Shown: positions 31,934 to 43,533, numbered from the stretch's first letter. The stretch: DNA of 64,000 bases from an uncultured Acidimicrobiia bacterium (GCA_963836205.1 CAWIIV010000023.1:32001-96000); one strand, 5' to 3'. Notes: generated by a model from the sequence alone, not told the origin. A program made the numbers and translations.

Positions 31934-31956
31934 AACCGGTCACCTCCTGGCCGGTT
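31934..31956. promoter_or_regulatory. Palindromic operator between the WYL regulator and its divergent gene
   Basis: AACCGGTCA-CCTCC-TGGCCGGTT. Confidence 0.55.
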
Positions 31957-31977
31957 TTCCGGAGCAGAATGTGACGA

Positions 31978-32982
31978 GTGAGAGCCGACCGGCTGGTGGC
32001 CATCCTCCTCCTGCTCCAGTCCAAGGGACAGGTCACCGCGGCCCAGGTGGCGGAGGAGTTGGAGGTGTCGGAGCGCACCGCCCGGCGCGACCTCGAAGCC
32101 TTGGGTATGGCCGGCCTGCCCATCTATTCCATGCAGGGGCGCAACGGCGGCTGGCGGCTGGCGGGTGGTGGGCGGACCGACCTGAGCGGACTCAACGCAG
32201 CCGAGGCCCGGGCCCTGTTCCTGGTCGCGGGACCGTCGTCGGCGGCGACGCCGCAGGTCAAAGCCGCTCTGCGCAAGCTCGTACGGGCTCTGCCAGAGCA
32301 GTTCCGGCCCCACGCGGAGGCGGCGTCGGAGGCGATCGTGGTCGATCCCCGGGGGTGGGACCAGACCCGCGGGGCGGGGGCCGGCACCGACCGTCCGGTG
32401 CCGCCGCTGCTCGACGCGGTGCAGCAGGCGGTGGTGGAGGGCGAGCAGGTAACCCTCGGCTACGTGGGCCGCAACCGGGAGCCGAGCAGCCGGGTGGTCC
32501 ACCCCCTGGGCCTCGCCGCCAAGGGCTGGGCCTGGTACCTGGTGGCCGACACCGAGGCCGGGCTGCGCACGTTCCGGGTCGACCGCATGACGTCGGTGGA
32601 GCCCACCGGCGAGGCGGTCGTGCGCCCCGAGGGGTTCGTGCTGGCCGAGGCGTGGAAGCTGATCGCGGAAGAGGTCGACCTCCGGCGCACGCCGGCGACA
32701 GCCCGGGCCCTGGCCACGTCCCGGTCCCTCGCCTGGTGCCGGTGGGCGTTCGGCAACCGCCTGCGCATCGGCCCGTCCCAACCCGACGGCCGGGTGGAGG
32801 TGGAGGTGCGGGGCCACGACGTGCAGTCGCTGGCGGCCGAGCTGGCGGGGATGGCCGGCCATGTCGAGGTCGTCGTCCCTCCCGAGCTGCGAGCGGAACT
32901 GGCCCGCCTGGGCGCGGCGCTCACGACGACCTACGGGGGTCCGTCGGTCGATCGGGCCGCGAACGTGTCGCCGGGCGACTGA
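31978..32982 (+). CDS. HTH-WYL transcriptional regulator (YafY-like)
   Basis: MRADRLVAILLLLQ HTH; PLGL...WYL...RTFRVDR. Confidence 0.92.
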   Translation: MRADRLVAILLLLQSKGQVTAAQVAEELEVSERTARRDLEALGMAGLPIYSMQGRNGGWRLAGGGRTDLSGLNAAEARALFLVAGPSSAATPQVKAALRKLVRALPEQFRPHAEAASEAIVVDPRGWDQTRGAGAGTDRPVPPLLDAVQQAVVEGEQVTLGYVGRNREPSSRVVHPLGLAAKGWAWYLVADTEAGLRTFRVDRMTSVEPTGEAVVRPEGFVLAEAWKLIAEEVDLRRTPATARALATSRSLAWCRWAFGNRLRIGPSQPDGRVEVEVRGHDVQSLAAELAGMAGHVEVVVPPELRAELARLGAALTTTYGGPSVDRAANVSPGD

Positions 32983-33002
32983 TCCGCGCCGCGGAACGTC
33001 GG

Positions 33003-34421
33003 TCAGGCCTCTATCCAGCCCCGCTCGAAGACGGCGGCCCGGAAGCGTTGGTAGTTGGCCTCCATGGCGTCGCGCTCGGTATCGTCGGGCTCGACCGGCT
33101 CGCCGGTGGCGGACATGGCCGCGGTGGCCGAGGCCAGGTCGGGGTGGAGGGTGCCGGCGGCGGCGAGGATGGCCGCGCCCCGGGCCGTCGACGCGCCCGG
33201 GGTGGCCAGCAGGGGGACGCCGAGGACGGTCGCCCGGATGCGGTTCCACACCGGGCTCCGGCTCCCGCCGCCGGTGACCACGACGGGCGGCCGGGCGGGG
33301 GCGCCGAGGGCCGCCAGCCGCTCGTAGCCCAGCCGCTCGACGAACGCCACCCCCTCGGCCGTGGCCCGCACCCGGTCGGCCTCGTCGGCCGGCTCCCCCA
33401 CCACGAACGCCTCGGCCTCGGGGACGACGAAGGGAAAACGCTCGCCCCGCCCGATCAACGGGTACATCACACACGTGGCCGGGCCGTGGGCCGCCGCGAG
33501 GGCGTCGAGCTCGGCCGGGCCGCGGCCGGGGAAGCCCTCGACCAGCGCCCGCCCTCCCGTGCTCGACGCTCCCCCTGGCAACCACCACCCCTCCGGGTGG
33601 CGGTGGCTGTAGACCGCGCCGGTCGGGTCCAGCACGAGGGACCGGCTGGCCCCCTTGAGGACGAGCGTCGACCCGAGGACGGACACGAACCGGCCCGGCT
33701 CCCCCGCCCCCGCCGCCAACTGCGACGCGCACCCGTCGGTCATCCCCAGCCGCACCTCGCACCCGGCCGGCAACCCGGTGGCGGCCGCCGCCTCCCGGCC
33801 CACCACACCCGCCAACGACGTCGGCCGGCGCACCTCGGGGAGCAGGTCGATCGGGATGCCGAGGGCGTCCATCGCCTCCCCCGCCCACTCCTGCGCCACC
33901 GGGTCGAAACCGCTCTTGAGGGCGTGGCTCCAGTCAGTGGGGACACGCCCTTCCCCCACCAACCGGCGGACCACGACATCGGGCGCGTGGGCCAGGGCCG
34001 CGGGCGAACAGCGCAGCAGCCACGCCCACTTGGGCAGGCCGAACGAGGCCTGGATGCGCAGCCCGAGCCTCGCCCACCGATCCGCCCCCGCGGCCTGGGC
34101 GAGGTCGGCCTCCGCCTGCGCCCGTTGGTCGGCGTAGGTGAGGGCGGGCCCGATCGGGTGACCCCGGCGGTCGAGGGCGACCACCGTCCCCGACGTGCCG
34201 CACACGCTCACCGCCACCACCCGACCGGCCCCGCTCACCTCGGCCAGCGCAGCCGCCGCCGCCGGCCACCACGTCCCGGCGTCCTGCTCCGACCATCCCG
34301 GCCGGGGTGACGTGGGCGCCGGCAGCGGCCGGTAGGCCTCGGCGTGCATCCGTCCTTCGCCGTCGACCGCAACCGCCCGCACGTCGGCCGTGGCCATGTC
34401 GACGCCGACGACGAGGTCCAC
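33003..34421 (-). CDS. FGGY-family carbohydrate kinase
   Basis: VGVDMAT, GWSEQD, VLGST, GERFP and TGGGSRSPVW motifs. Confidence 0.88.
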   Translation of the reverse strand: MDLVVGVDMATADVRAVAVDGEGRMHAEAYRPLPAPTSPRPGWSEQDAGTWWPAAAAALAEVSGAGRVVAVSVCGTSGTVVALDRRGHPIGPALTYADQRAQAEADLAQAAGADRWARLGLRIQASFGLPKWAWLLRCSPAALAHAPDVVVRRLVGEGRVPTDWSHALKSGFDPVAQEWAGEAMDALGIPIDLLPEVRRPTSLAGVVGREAAAATGLPAGCEVRLGMTDGCASQLAAGAGEPGRFVSVLGSTLVLKGASRSLVLDPTGAVYSHRHPEGWWLPGGASSTGGRALVEGFPGRGPAELDALAAAHGPATCVMYPLIGRGERFPFVVPEAEAFVVGEPADEADRVRATAEGVAFVERLGYERLAALGAPARPPVVVTGGGSRSPVWNRIRATVLGVPLLATPGASTARGAAILAAAGTLHPDLASATAAMSATGEPVEPDDTERDAMEANYQRFRAAVFERGWIEA

Positions 34422-34446
34422 CGCCTCACCGTGCCACGATCGGCGG

Positions 34447-35804
34447 GTGCCGGGCAGCCCGTTCGTCGACATCCTGGGGCCCGACCGCGTTCTCACCACA
34501 CCCGGCGACACCGCCCCCTTCTGCGTCGACTGGTCGGGCCGGTTCCGTGGGGCCACGCCCGTCGTACTCCTTCCGGGGACGACCGAGCAGGTGGCGGCCG
34601 TGGTCGCCGCCTGCCGCGCCCTCGGCGTCGGCCTCACCCTTCAGGGCGGGAACACCGGGCTCGTCGGAGGGTCGGTCCCCCTCTCGGGGGAGGTCGTGCT
34701 CAGCCTGCGCGGCCTCGACCACATCGGCCCCGTCGACGACGTCGCCGGCCAGCTCACGGCGGGGGCGGGCGCCCGCCTGGCCGCGGTCCAGACGGCCGCG
34801 GCCGGCACCGGCGACCCCGCCCGATGGGCCTATGGGGTCGACTTCGCCAGCCGCGACCGGGCCACCGTCGGGGGGACGATCGCCACCAACGCCGGCGGCC
34901 TGCGGGTCCTGCGCCACGGCGACACCCGGGCCCAGGTCTTGGGAGTGGAGGCGGTGCTCGGCGACGGGACGGTGGTGTCCCATCTGAGCGGGCTGGTGAA
35001 GGACAACACCGGCTACCACCTCCCGTCCCTTCTCTGTGGCAGCGAGGGGACCCTGGGGGTGGTGACGGCGGCCCGCCTCCGGCTGGTGCCCGCCGTGACC
35101 CACCGGGTGACCGTCCTCCTCGCCTTCGACGCCGTCGCCGACGCGATCGTGGCCGCCCACGACCTCCGGCGCCACGTGCGCGCCCTCGACGCGGCCGAGC
35201 TCATGCTCGCCGGCGGCGTCGACCTCGTCTGCCGGGTGACGGGCCTTCCCCCGCTCACCGGTGGCCGCCACGCCGCGTTCGTGCTGGTGGCGGCGGCCGA
35301 CACCGCCGACCCGACGGCCGACCTCACCGCCGGCATCGGCGCCCTCGCCGCGGTGGCCGGGGTGGTCTTCGGCGGCGACGACCTGTGGGCCTACCGCGAG
35401 AACCACACCGCCGCCATCAACACCCTCGGCCCGCCCCACAAGCTCGACGTCACCCTTCCCGCCGACCGGCTGGCGGCGTTCGTCGAGCAGGTGCCGGGCG
35501 TGGTGGCCCGGGTCGCCCCCCACGGCCGCACGTGGATGTGGGGCCACGCGGCCGACGGCAACGTCCACGTCAACGTCACCGGCGTGGAGCCCGACGACGA
35601 CCGGGTCGACGACGCCGTCCTCCGCCTGGCCGCGGATCTGGGGGGAAGCATCAGCGCCGAGCACGGGATCGGCACGGCCAAGCGCCGGTGGCTCCACCTC
35701 AACCGCTCCGAGGCCGAGATCGACGCCTTCCGGGCCGTCAAGCGGGCCCTCGACCCCGACGGCATCCTCAACCCCAACGTCCTGTTCCCCCCTCCAACTG
35801 GTGA
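34447..35804 (+). CDS. FAD-binding oxidoreductase (GlcD / D-2-hydroxyglutarate dehydrogenase-like); 3' end approximate
   Basis: QGGNTGLVGG, ATNAGG, KDNTGY, GSEGTLG, SISAEHGIG and DPDGILNP; no in-frame stop as sequenced, but an out-of-frame TGA lies at 35802. Confidence 0.85.
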
Positions 35805-35844
35805 CAGCTCCGGCCGTCCTGGGCCCCATACCGTCACCGTTTCG

Positions 35845-37368
35845 TCAGAGGAACTCCACCCCTTGGGCCAGGGGCAGGTCGGGCGACGAGTTGACGGTGG
35901 TCGTCATCCGCCGCATGTAGGCCTTCCACGCATCGGAGCCCGACTCCCGGCCGCCGCCCGTCTCCTTCTCCCCACCGAAGGCGCCGCCGATCTCGGCCCC
36001 CGACGGTCCGATGTTGACGTTGGCGATGCCGCAGTCCGACCCCGCGGCGGATACGAACCGCTCCGCCTCCCGCAAGTCAAGGGTGAACAGCGACGACGAC
36101 AGCCCGTGGCGGGCGGCGTTGTGCAGCTCGACCGCCTCGTCCCACGAGTCGTAGGCGACGACGTAGAGCACGGGCGCGAACGTCTCCCGCAGCACGAGGG
36201 CGGTCTGCGCCGGCATGGCCACCACCGCGGGCCGGACGTAGAAGGCGCCCGGCGCGGCGTCGGCCAGCTCCCGCTCGCCGCCCACCACCACCTTCCCACC
36301 GTCGGCGGCGGCCTCCCCCAGCGCGGCTTCGAACCCGGCAAACGCGGCCCCGTCGATCAGCGGTCCTACCAAGGTAGGATCATCCAACGGGTTCCCCACC
36401 GGCAACGTCGCGTACGCCGCCACCAGGCGGTCGACCAGCTCGTCGTGAACCGTGCGGTGGGCGATCACCCGCCGCAGCGTCGTGCACCGTTGCCCGGCGG
36501 TCCCGGCGGCGGCGAAGGCCACCGCCCGCACGGTGAGGTCGAGGTCGGCGGACGGGGCCACGATGGCGGCGTTGTTCCCGCCCAGCTCGAGCAGGCTGCG
36601 GCCGAAGCGGGCTGCCACCCGGGGTCCGACGGCCCGGCCCATGGCGGTGGAGCCGGTGGCCGACACCAGCGCCACCCGGTCGTCGTCGACCAGCGCCCTC
36701 CCCACGTCGGCCCCCCCGAGCACGAGGCCGAGCAACCCCGCCGGCGCGCCCACGTCGCCCGCGGCCCGGATGGCCAACGCGTGCACCGCCACCGCCGTCA
36801 GCGGCGTCTTCTCCGACGGCTTCCACACCACCGGGTCGCCGCACACCAGGGCCAGGGCCGAGTTCCAGGCCCACACCGCCACCGGGAAGTTGAACGACGT
36901 GATCACCCCGACCACGCCCAGGGGCTGCCACACCTCGCTCATCCGGTGCCCGGGACGCTCCGACGCCATGGTCAGGCCGTAGAGCTGGCGGGACAGGCCG
37001 ACGGCGAAGTCGCAGACGTCGATCATCTCCTGGACCTCACCCGCCGCCTCCGACCGGATCTTGCCCGCCTCGATCGTCACCAGCTCGGACAGGTCGCCCT
37101 TGTGCTCCCGCAACAGCTCCGCCAGCCGCCGGACCAGCTCCGCCCGCCGGGGCGCGGGCACCATCCGCCACTCCCGAAAGGCTCCGGCGGCATCGGCCAC
37201 CGCCCGCTCCACGTCGGCCGCCGTCGACACCGGCACCGACCCCAACCGGCCGCCCGTGATGGGCGTACGAACCTCCAGGTCGCCCGCACCGGACCAGGTC
37301 GCCCCGAGCCGGTCGAGGGCGGCGGCGGCGGCGCCCGCCAGGTCCTCGAAGCTGGGGAGAGGGTTCAC
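35845..37368 (-). CDS. pcd: Piperideine-6-carboxylate / alpha-aminoadipic semialdehyde dehydrogenase (ALDH7 type)
   Basis: GEVQEMID, SRQLYG, FNFPVAVW, LELGGNN, GQRCTT and GGEKETGGGRESGSDAWK motifs. Confidence 0.88.
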   Translation of the reverse strand: MNPLPSFEDLAGAAAAALDRLGATWSGAGDLEVRTPITGGRLGSVPVSTAADVERAVADAAGAFREWRMVPAPRRAELVRRLAELLREHKGDLSELVTIEAGKIRSEAAGEVQEMIDVCDFAVGLSRQLYGLTMASERPGHRMSEVWQPLGVVGVITSFNFPVAVWAWNSALALVCGDPVVWKPSEKTPLTAVAVHALAIRAAGDVGAPAGLLGLVLGGADVGRALVDDDRVALVSATGSTAMGRAVGPRVAARFGRSLLELGGNNAAIVAPSADLDLTVRAVAFAAAGTAGQRCTTLRRVIAHRTVHDELVDRLVAAYATLPVGNPLDDPTLVGPLIDGAAFAGFEAALGEAAADGGKVVVGGERELADAAPGAFYVRPAVVAMPAQTALVLRETFAPVLYVVAYDSWDEAVELHNAARHGLSSSLFTLDLREAERFVSAAGSDCGIANVNIGPSGAEIGGAFGGEKETGGGRESGSDAWKAYMRRMTTTVNSSPDLPLAQGVEFL

Positions 37369-37415
37369 GGTCTGATGCCGATGATAGGGATCGGGCCGGC
37401 CTTACCATTCGTCAC

Positions 37416-38504
37416 ATGAGAACGTTCACCAACGTCCTGGTGTGTGGTCTGGGAAAGGTGGGCGAGCTCGTGGCCCGCCTCCTCCAGGGTGCCGGCTTCG
37501 ACGTGGTGGGCGCCGACCGGACCGTCGCCGACAGCCTGCCCTTCCCCACCGCCGCCCTCGACGCCGCCGACCCCGCCGCCCTCCGCTCCGCCCTGGCCGG
37601 CGTCCAGGCGGTCGTTTCCTGCGTCCCCCACCACCTGAGCAGCGGCGTGGCCCAGGCCGCAGCCGACGTCGGCGTCCACTACTTCGACCTGTCGGAGGAC
37701 GTCGGCCTCAGCCAGCGGGTCCTGGAGCTGGCGGAAGCGAAGGGCGCAGGCGGCGCCTTCGTCCCCAACTGCGGGCTGGCCCCGGGGCTCATCTGCATCG
37801 TGGGTGCGGGCCTGGCACGGGGCCTCGACCGCCTCGACTCCGTGGAGCTCAAGGTCGGCGCCCTCCCCCGCAACCCGAGCGGTCTCCTCGGCTACGCCTT
37901 CAACTGGTCGCCCGAGGGCGTGGTCAACGAGTACCTCAACGACTGCGAGGTGATCCGCGACGGGCGCCGCCGCACGGTGCCGTCGATGAGCGAGCTCGAG
38001 CACGTGTGGATCGGGGGGACGCAGCTGGAGGCGTTCACCACGTCGGGCGGCCTGGGCACCATGTGCGCCACCTTCGACGGCCGCCTCGACCGCCTCGACT
38101 ACAAGACCCTCCGCTACCCCGGCCACTGCGAGCTCATGCGCTTCTTCTTCGACGAGCTCCACCTCCGCCACCAGCGGGAGCTGGCCGGGCGCATCCTGGT
38201 CGACGCCAAGCCCCCGGTCGGCGACGACATCGTCTACCTGTACGCGGCAGTGGAGGGCGAGCGGGCCGGCCGCGCCGTGCGGGAGCAGGTGGTGCGCACG
38301 TACGAGCCCATCTGGATCGACGGCCAGCGGTGGCGGGCCATCTCGTGGACGACGGCCGCCTCGGCCGCGGCGATGGTCGACCTCGTCGCCGACGGACACC
38401 TGCCCGACCACGGTTTCGTGCGCCAGGAGGACGTCGACCTCTCCGCCTTCGCCGCCACGCCCACCGGCCGCCTCCTGGGCGACGCCTCCGCCCTCGCCGC
38501 ATGA
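37416..38504 (+). CDS. Saccharopine dehydrogenase family / L-lysine 6-dehydrogenase
   Basis: GLGKVG, CGLAPG, WSPEGVVNEY, EAFTTSGG and YKTLRYPGH motifs. Confidence 0.87.
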   Translation: MRTFTNVLVCGLGKVGELVARLLQGAGFDVVGADRTVADSLPFPTAALDAADPAALRSALAGVQAVVSCVPHHLSSGVAQAAADVGVHYFDLSEDVGLSQRVLELAEAKGAGGAFVPNCGLAPGLICIVGAGLARGLDRLDSVELKVGALPRNPSGLLGYAFNWSPEGVVNEYLNDCEVIRDGRRRTVPSMSELEHVWIGGTQLEAFTTSGGLGTMCATFDGRLDRLDYKTLRYPGHCELMRFFFDELHLRHQRELAGRILVDAKPPVGDDIVYLYAAVEGERAGRAVREQVVRTYEPIWIDGQRWRAISWTTAASAAAMVDLVADGHLPDHGFVRQEDVDLSAFAATPTGRLLGDASALAA

Positions 38505-39511
38505 GCACGCTGCACGACCTGGTGGCGGCCCAGTTGGGGACCGAGTGGGCGGGCCCGCTCCTCGACGGGCTGGCGATTCACCCGTCCCTCGTCGAAGACG
38601 GCGACGGCGCGTCCCGGGCCGTCATCGCCCAGGCCCTGGGCGTGGTCCTCCTCGACGACCTCCTCCACCGGGTGCCGAGCGCGGCCGCCTACGCCGCCGA
38701 GCGGTGGGCGGCCGGCGGGCGTCTCTTCCTCGACCACGGGGCGGTGCGAACCGTGGCCGGCGTGGCGTGCGGCGAGCTGGCCGAGGGCCAGGAGAGCCTG
38801 GCCCGCGTCCTGCGCCCCCTCGGCTACGCCCACCGGGAGACGTACGACCTCGGCCGGCTGAAGATGACCGGCCACTCCTGGTGCCATCTCGACCTGCCGG
38901 CCGACGTTCCCCAGTACTTCGTCAGCGAGCTCCACGCCGACCGCTTCACCGACCCGTTTTCCGCGGCCGCGGCCCGGGTGATGGGCTCCTCCCGCGACCC
39001 TCTCACCGGCCTGGCCCGCCTCAACCTCGACCGCCTGGCTGCCGACGGCCGCCTGCCCCTCGCCGCGGCCGAGTCCCTCCTGGGCGAGCTGGCCACCTGT
39101 TTCGCCCGCCAGCACGGCACCCCCGCCCTGGCCGACTACGAGACCGTTCTGGCCGAGTCGGCCGAGATGGCGTGGATCGCCACCGAGGGCACCGCCTTCA
39201 ACCACGCCACCGACCGGGTCGACGACGTGGTCGCGGTGGCCGAGGCGGAGCGGGCCGCGGGCCGGCCGATCAAAGACCGGGTGGAGGTGTCGGCGTCGGG
39301 GCGGGTGCTCCAGACGGCCCATCGGGCGGCAATGGTGGAGCGCTCGTTCAAGGTGGGCGAGCGGTCCACCGAGACCCGCACCGTCCCGGGCTCGTTCTTC
39401 GAGCTCATCACCCGCCATCCTCTCCCCGACGGCTCCGGCCCCGACCTCGCCTTCGACGCGGCCAACGCCCAGGAGATCTTCACGATGACCCGAGGTCCGG
39501 CTTCGGTCTGA
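38501..39511 (+). CDS. DUF1338 protein (2-oxoadipate dioxygenase/decarboxylase HglS family)
   Basis: [32 protein letters not shown] and FFELITR...FDAANA motifs; ATGA overlap. Confidence 0.8.
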   Translation: MSTLHDLVAAQLGTEWAGPLLDGLAIHPSLVEDGDGASRAVIAQALGVVLLDDLLHRVPSAAAYAAERWAAGGRLFLDHGAVRTVAGVACGELAEGQESLARVLRPLGYAHRETYDLGRLKMTGHSWCHLDLPADVPQYFVSELHADRFTDPFSAAAARVMGSSRDPLTGLARLNLDRLAADGRLPLAAAESLLGELATCFARQHGTPALADYETVLAESAEMAWIATEGTAFNHATDRVDDVVAVAEAERAAGRPIKDRVEVSASGRVLQTAHRAAMVERSFKVGERSTETRTVPGSFFELITRHPLPDGSGPDLAFDAANAQEIFTMTRGPASV

Positions 39512-40766
39512 TCCGGTAATGGAGGGTGAGGAAGGGCAGGCCGAAGACCCAGAAGGAGTGGTCGGCCCGCACCTCGCCGTCGTCCGGTGTCACGTAGACG
39601 TGGAGCTCCTCGGCGAAGCCGTGGACGGCCAGGGTGGTCAGATCCCGGGACTCGGGGTCGATGTAGGTGAGGTAGTGGCCCGGGTGGGGGAGGTCGCTGC
39701 GGGAGCTGAGGGTGAGGCCGCCACCGGCCCGGGCCCGGGGGACAAGGGTGGCGGTGAAGCTCGCCTGCGGCAACGGGAAGCCGACGCTCACGTAGCCCCG
39801 GTCGGTGTCCCGGTAGGTGGTGTAGATGCCGGTGTAGATGGGGGCGTCGTCGTCGGCGAACGAGCGGATCCAGCCCCGCACCTCGGGGACGCCGTCCCCG
39901 TCGGCGTCGATGGTGTCGATGCGGCTGTGGACGCCCCGCAGCGCCTCCCGCTGGTTCATGGGCACGTTGGCCTGGCCCAGGGGGCGGGCCACGACCGTGC
40001 GGTAGAGGAGGTACCCGGGACGGACCCACGGCCGCCACTCAGGGACGATGTCGAGGGCATAGCGGCTGGTGTGCTCGTAGAAGCGCCGGACCCGGGGGTC
40101 GACGGTGGCCGGGTCGAGCTCGGGACCGGCGAGGGCGTCGAGCGACGGCACGATGCCGGCGTCGGGCACGTCCCGGACGTAGGAGCCGCCGAGCACCTCG
40201 GCCAGGGAGCGAACGTAGTCGGTCCCGACGTAGCGGGTGCGGGACTCGAGGGGCACCACGAAGGGCAGGTCGGCGGGGTCGACCCGCTCCGCCAGCAGGT
40301 CGAGCTGGGCGTCCCTGAAGACCGCCGCCGAGAACACCCGGTAGGCGACCACGGTGGAGGCGGCCACCGCCGACGCCGGCATCCGCCCGCCGGACACGGC
40401 CGCCAGGGTCCGCCCCATGGCCGCGCCGAACACCGGTCCCAACAGCACCTTCTGGGGACGGAGGCCCACCGCGCCCACGACCGCGCCGGCACCGGTCGCC
40501 ACCGCCACCGGCCCCGCACCGGTGACCCGCCCGGCGGCCCAGCCCACTGGGGCAGCCAGCGCCCCGGTCGTGAGGATCCGGTGCCACAGGCTGGGGATCT
40601 CGTTCGGCCGCTGGCGGTGGCGGGCGACCGCCTCCGACGCGCCCAGCACCGCCGCGCCCGCCGCCACGGGGAGCCGGTACCGGCCGCGGCCACCGGCGAG
40701 CGACAGCCCGGCCATGGCGCCGATCGCCCCCGCCCACGCGATCTGCTCCGACCGTTTCGATCCCAT
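39480..40766 (-). CDS. Membrane protein with a YndJ-like C-terminal domain
   Basis: Hydrophobic Gly/Ala-rich N-terminus; FYEHT...GFPLP soluble domain. Confidence 0.6.
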   Translation of the reverse strand: MGSKRSEQIAWAGAIGAMAGLSLAGGRGRYRLPVAAGAAVLGASEAVARHRQRPNEIPSLWHRILTTGALAAPVGWAAGRVTGAGPVAVATGAGAVVGAVGLRPQKVLLGPVFGAAMGRTLAAVSGGRMPASAVAASTVVAYRVFSAAVFRDAQLDLLAERVDPADLPFVVPLESRTRYVGTDYVRSLAEVLGGSYVRDVPDAGIVPSLDALAGPELDPATVDPRVRRFYEHTSRYALDIVPEWRPWVRPGYLLYRTVVARPLGQANVPMNQREALRGVHSRIDTIDADGDGVPEVRGWIRSFADDDAPIYTGIYTTYRDTDRGYVSVGFPLPQASFTATLVPRARAGGGLTLSSRSDLPHPGHYLTYIDPESRDLTTLAVHGFAEELHVYVTPDDGEVRADHSFWVFGLPFLTLHYRIRPKPDLGSS

Positions 40767-40786
40767 CGGCCCTATCCTCCCTCGTG

Positions 40787-42133
40787 ATGGCCGAGGATCA
40801 GCCCCCGATGGTCGCCGGCTCGTTCCTCTCCGGCTCGGGCCGGGCCCTCAAGAAGGACCAGCTGGCGGTCTGCGCCGCCGTCCTCAGGGACCACGGCGGC
40901 CGCCGGGTCCGCATCCGGGTGGGACCGCCGAAGGTCGGCTTCGTGTTCGACGCCGTCTCCCGGCCGGAGGACGTCCGCCAGGTCCTCGCCACCGAGGCCG
41001 CGCAGTACGACAAGGAAGTCCCCGGCATCGACGAGCTGCGGCGGCTCTTCGGCAACGGGCTCATCTTCAGCGGCGGCGACCGGTGGCGGCGCGACCGGCG
41101 CATCGTCGCCCCGCTGTTCACCAAGGCGCGGGTCATGTCCTACGTCGACGGGATGGCGACCGCCGCCGCCCGGCTGGCGACCACGTGGGCGGCGGCCGAG
41201 GGCGGGCAGGTCGACCTGAGCGAGGCCGGCACCCACTACGCCCTCGACGTCCTCGGGCGCAGCGTGTTCGGCCGCGACGTGGAGTCGGCCGCTCCCGTCC
41301 TGCGGGCCACGGTGCCTGTCCTCAACCAGTTCGGCGCCCGCCGGGTGCTCTCGCCCGTGCGCCTGCCGGTGTGGGTGCCGACGGCGCGCAACCGCCGGGC
41401 GGAACAGGCCCGACGCCAGCTCTGGGGTCTGGTCGACGGCCTCGTCGCCGAGCGGCGGGCGGGGCCCCTCGAGGGCGACGACCTCCTCAGCCTGCTCCTC
41501 ACCGCCCGCGACCCGGAGGACGGGTCGGCGCTGAGCGACGTCGCCGTCCGGGAGCAGGCCCTCATCCTGCTCGTCGCCGGGCACGAGACCACCGGCACCA
41601 CCATGGCCCTCACCCTCCACCTCGTCGGCCGCCACCCCGCCGTCCAACAGCGGATTCGGGACGAAGTGGCCGCCGTCGTCGGCGACCGGCCGGTTGCGGT
41701 GGACGACCTTCCGCAGCTCACCTACACCGCCCAGGTCGTCGACGAGACCATGCGCCTTTACCCGCCCGGCCACACCCTGGTCCGCCACGCCCACGGGCCC
41801 ACCACCCTCGACGGCCAGGACGTGGCGCCCGGGCACCTGGTGGCGGTCAGCATCTGGGGCGTCCACCACAACCCCGACGTGTGGCCCGACCCGTCCCGCT
41901 TCGACCCCGGCCGCTTCGCCACCGGCGGCGTCGGCCGCTACGACCACGTCCCGTTCGGCGGCGGGCCCCGGGGCTGCATCGGCCAGCACCTGGCCACCGC
42001 CGAGCTGGTCGTGGCGGTGGCGACCCTCGTCCGGGCCTTCCGCCTCGAGTCGGAGCTGGAGGAGCCCGTCCTCGAGGTGGCGGTGTCGCTGCGGCCCAAG
42101 GGGGCCCTGCCGTGCCGGGTGACGCCGGCGTAA
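40787..42133 (+). CDS. Cytochrome P450
   Basis: AGHETT, ETMR and [11 protein letters not shown] heme motifs. Confidence 0.93.
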   Translation: MAEDQPPMVAGSFLSGSGRALKKDQLAVCAAVLRDHGGRRVRIRVGPPKVGFVFDAVSRPEDVRQVLATEAAQYDKEVPGIDELRRLFGNGLIFSGGDRWRRDRRIVAPLFTKARVMSYVDGMATAAARLATTWAAAEGGQVDLSEAGTHYALDVLGRSVFGRDVESAAPVLRATVPVLNQFGARRVLSPVRLPVWVPTARNRRAEQARRQLWGLVDGLVAERRAGPLEGDDLLSLLLTARDPEDGSALSDVAVREQALILLVAGHETTGTTMALTLHLVGRHPAVQQRIRDEVAAVVGDRPVAVDDLPQLTYTAQVVDETMRLYPPGHTLVRHAHGPTTLDGQDVAPGHLVAVSIWGVHHNPDVWPDPSRFDPGRFATGGVGRYDHVPFGGGPRGCIGQHLATAELVVAVATLVRAFRLESELEEPVLEVAVSLRPKGALPCRVTPA

Positions 42134-42187
42134 CGCGGTTCGCCCGCGTCGGACAGGATGGTCGGGGACGGACGAGGAGGTGCGGGA

Positions 42188-42799
42188 ATGGCCAAGTTCA
42201 CGCGGGGCTTCGCCGGCCGGGGGGCGGACCGCGATCCGAGGCTGCCGCCAGGCCAGTACGACACCGGTAGGACGTGGCCGGTGCTCACCGCGGAGGCCAC
42301 GCCCAAGCTGTCGGCGTCGTCGTACACCTTCGGCGTCGAGGGTCTCGTCGCCCGGCCCACCGCCTGGACGTGGGACGAGCTGCACGCCCTCCCATCGTCC
42401 TCCTACTCGGGCGACATCCACTGCGTGACCACATGGTCGAAGCTCGGGATCACCTTCACCGGCGTGTCGATCGACACATTGCTGGAAGCCGCCGGCGGGC
42501 CCCTGCCGTCCGCCACCCACGTGGTGGCCACGTCCCATACCGGCTACACCACCAACCTGCCCCTGGCCGACGTCACCGGCGGCCGGGCGTGGGTGGTGTG
42601 GGAGGTCGACGGGGAGCCGCTGCCCACGGAGCACGGTGGGCCCGTGCGCATGCTCGTCCCGCACCTGTACTTCTGGAAGAGCGCCAAGTGGGTGGCGACC
42701 CTCCGCCTCCTCGACCACGACCAGCCCGGGTTCTGGGAGGTCAACGGCTACCACGACCGGGGCGACCCCTGGCGCGAGCAGCGGTACCAGGGTGACTGA
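42188..42799 (+). CDS. Sulfite oxidase-like molybdopterin oxidoreductase
   Basis: RLPPGQ, DIHCVTTWSK, EHGGPVR, WKSAKW and GFWE motifs. Confidence 0.9.
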   Translation: MAKFTRGFAGRGADRDPRLPPGQYDTGRTWPVLTAEATPKLSASSYTFGVEGLVARPTAWTWDELHALPSSSYSGDIHCVTTWSKLGITFTGVSIDTLLEAAGGPLPSATHVVATSHTGYTTNLPLADVTGGRAWVVWEVDGEPLPTEHGGPVRMLVPHLYFWKSAKWVATLRLLDHDQPGFWEVNGYHDRGDPWREQRYQGD

Positions 42800-43521
42800 C
42801 TCGCCCGTGGCCCCGCCCCGGAAGGGGTGGCAGATGGCGAAGGTGCTCGGGTCGAAGGTGGAGACGGCCCACGCCCGGACGTTCCGCCTCTCGCTGCCCG
42901 GGCGCACGCCTCACCTGCCGGGCCAGCACTACGTCATCCGGTTGACCGGCACCCGACGGGTACACCGCCTCCCGGTCGTACTCGGTGGCCTCGGCTCCGG
43001 ACGGGTCGGACGAGTTCGAGATCACCGTCGAACGATTGGACGAGGGCGAGGTGTCGACCTTCCTCCACGACGTGGTCGAGCCGGGCGACGAGCTCGAGGT
43101 GCGGGGTCCGATCGGGAAGTTCTTCGTGTGGGATGGCGAGTCGCCCGCCCTTCTCGTGGGCGGCGGCTCGGGCGTCGTGCCGCTGATGGCGATGCTCCGC
43201 CACGCCCGCCGCACCGGGAAGTCCGACCGGGTGCGGCTGGTGATGTCCGTCCGCTCCGCCGACGACCTCCCCTACGCGGCCGAGCTCCCCGGCCCCGAGA
43301 CGACCATCGTCTACACGCGGGTGGCGCCCGAGGGCGACACCCGTCCACCCGGACGGGTCTCGATGGATGACCTGGCCCCATCGGTCGAGGCCGTCGGCCC
43401 CGGCGCCGCCGTCTTCGTGTGCGGGTCGGCCGGCTTCTGCGACTCGATGACTGACCTGCTGCGCCAGGCAGGCGTCCCCGTCGAACGCATCAAGGTCGAA
43501 CGCTTCGGCCCGACCCGATAG
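42792..43521 (+). CDS. FNR-like FAD/NAD(P)H oxidoreductase (frameshift near 42950)
   Basis: PGQHYVIRLT / RSYSVAS, GEVS, GGGSGVVP, VCGS and ERFG motifs. Confidence 0.85.
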
Positions 43522-43533
43522 CCGGTCGTCCAG

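Noticed and set aside
34390-37419. 1009-aa ORF as a single protein
   Set aside because: Oxidoreductase homology ends at DPDGILNP (~35780); the rest is antisense to the aldehyde dehydrogenase and probably results from an indel
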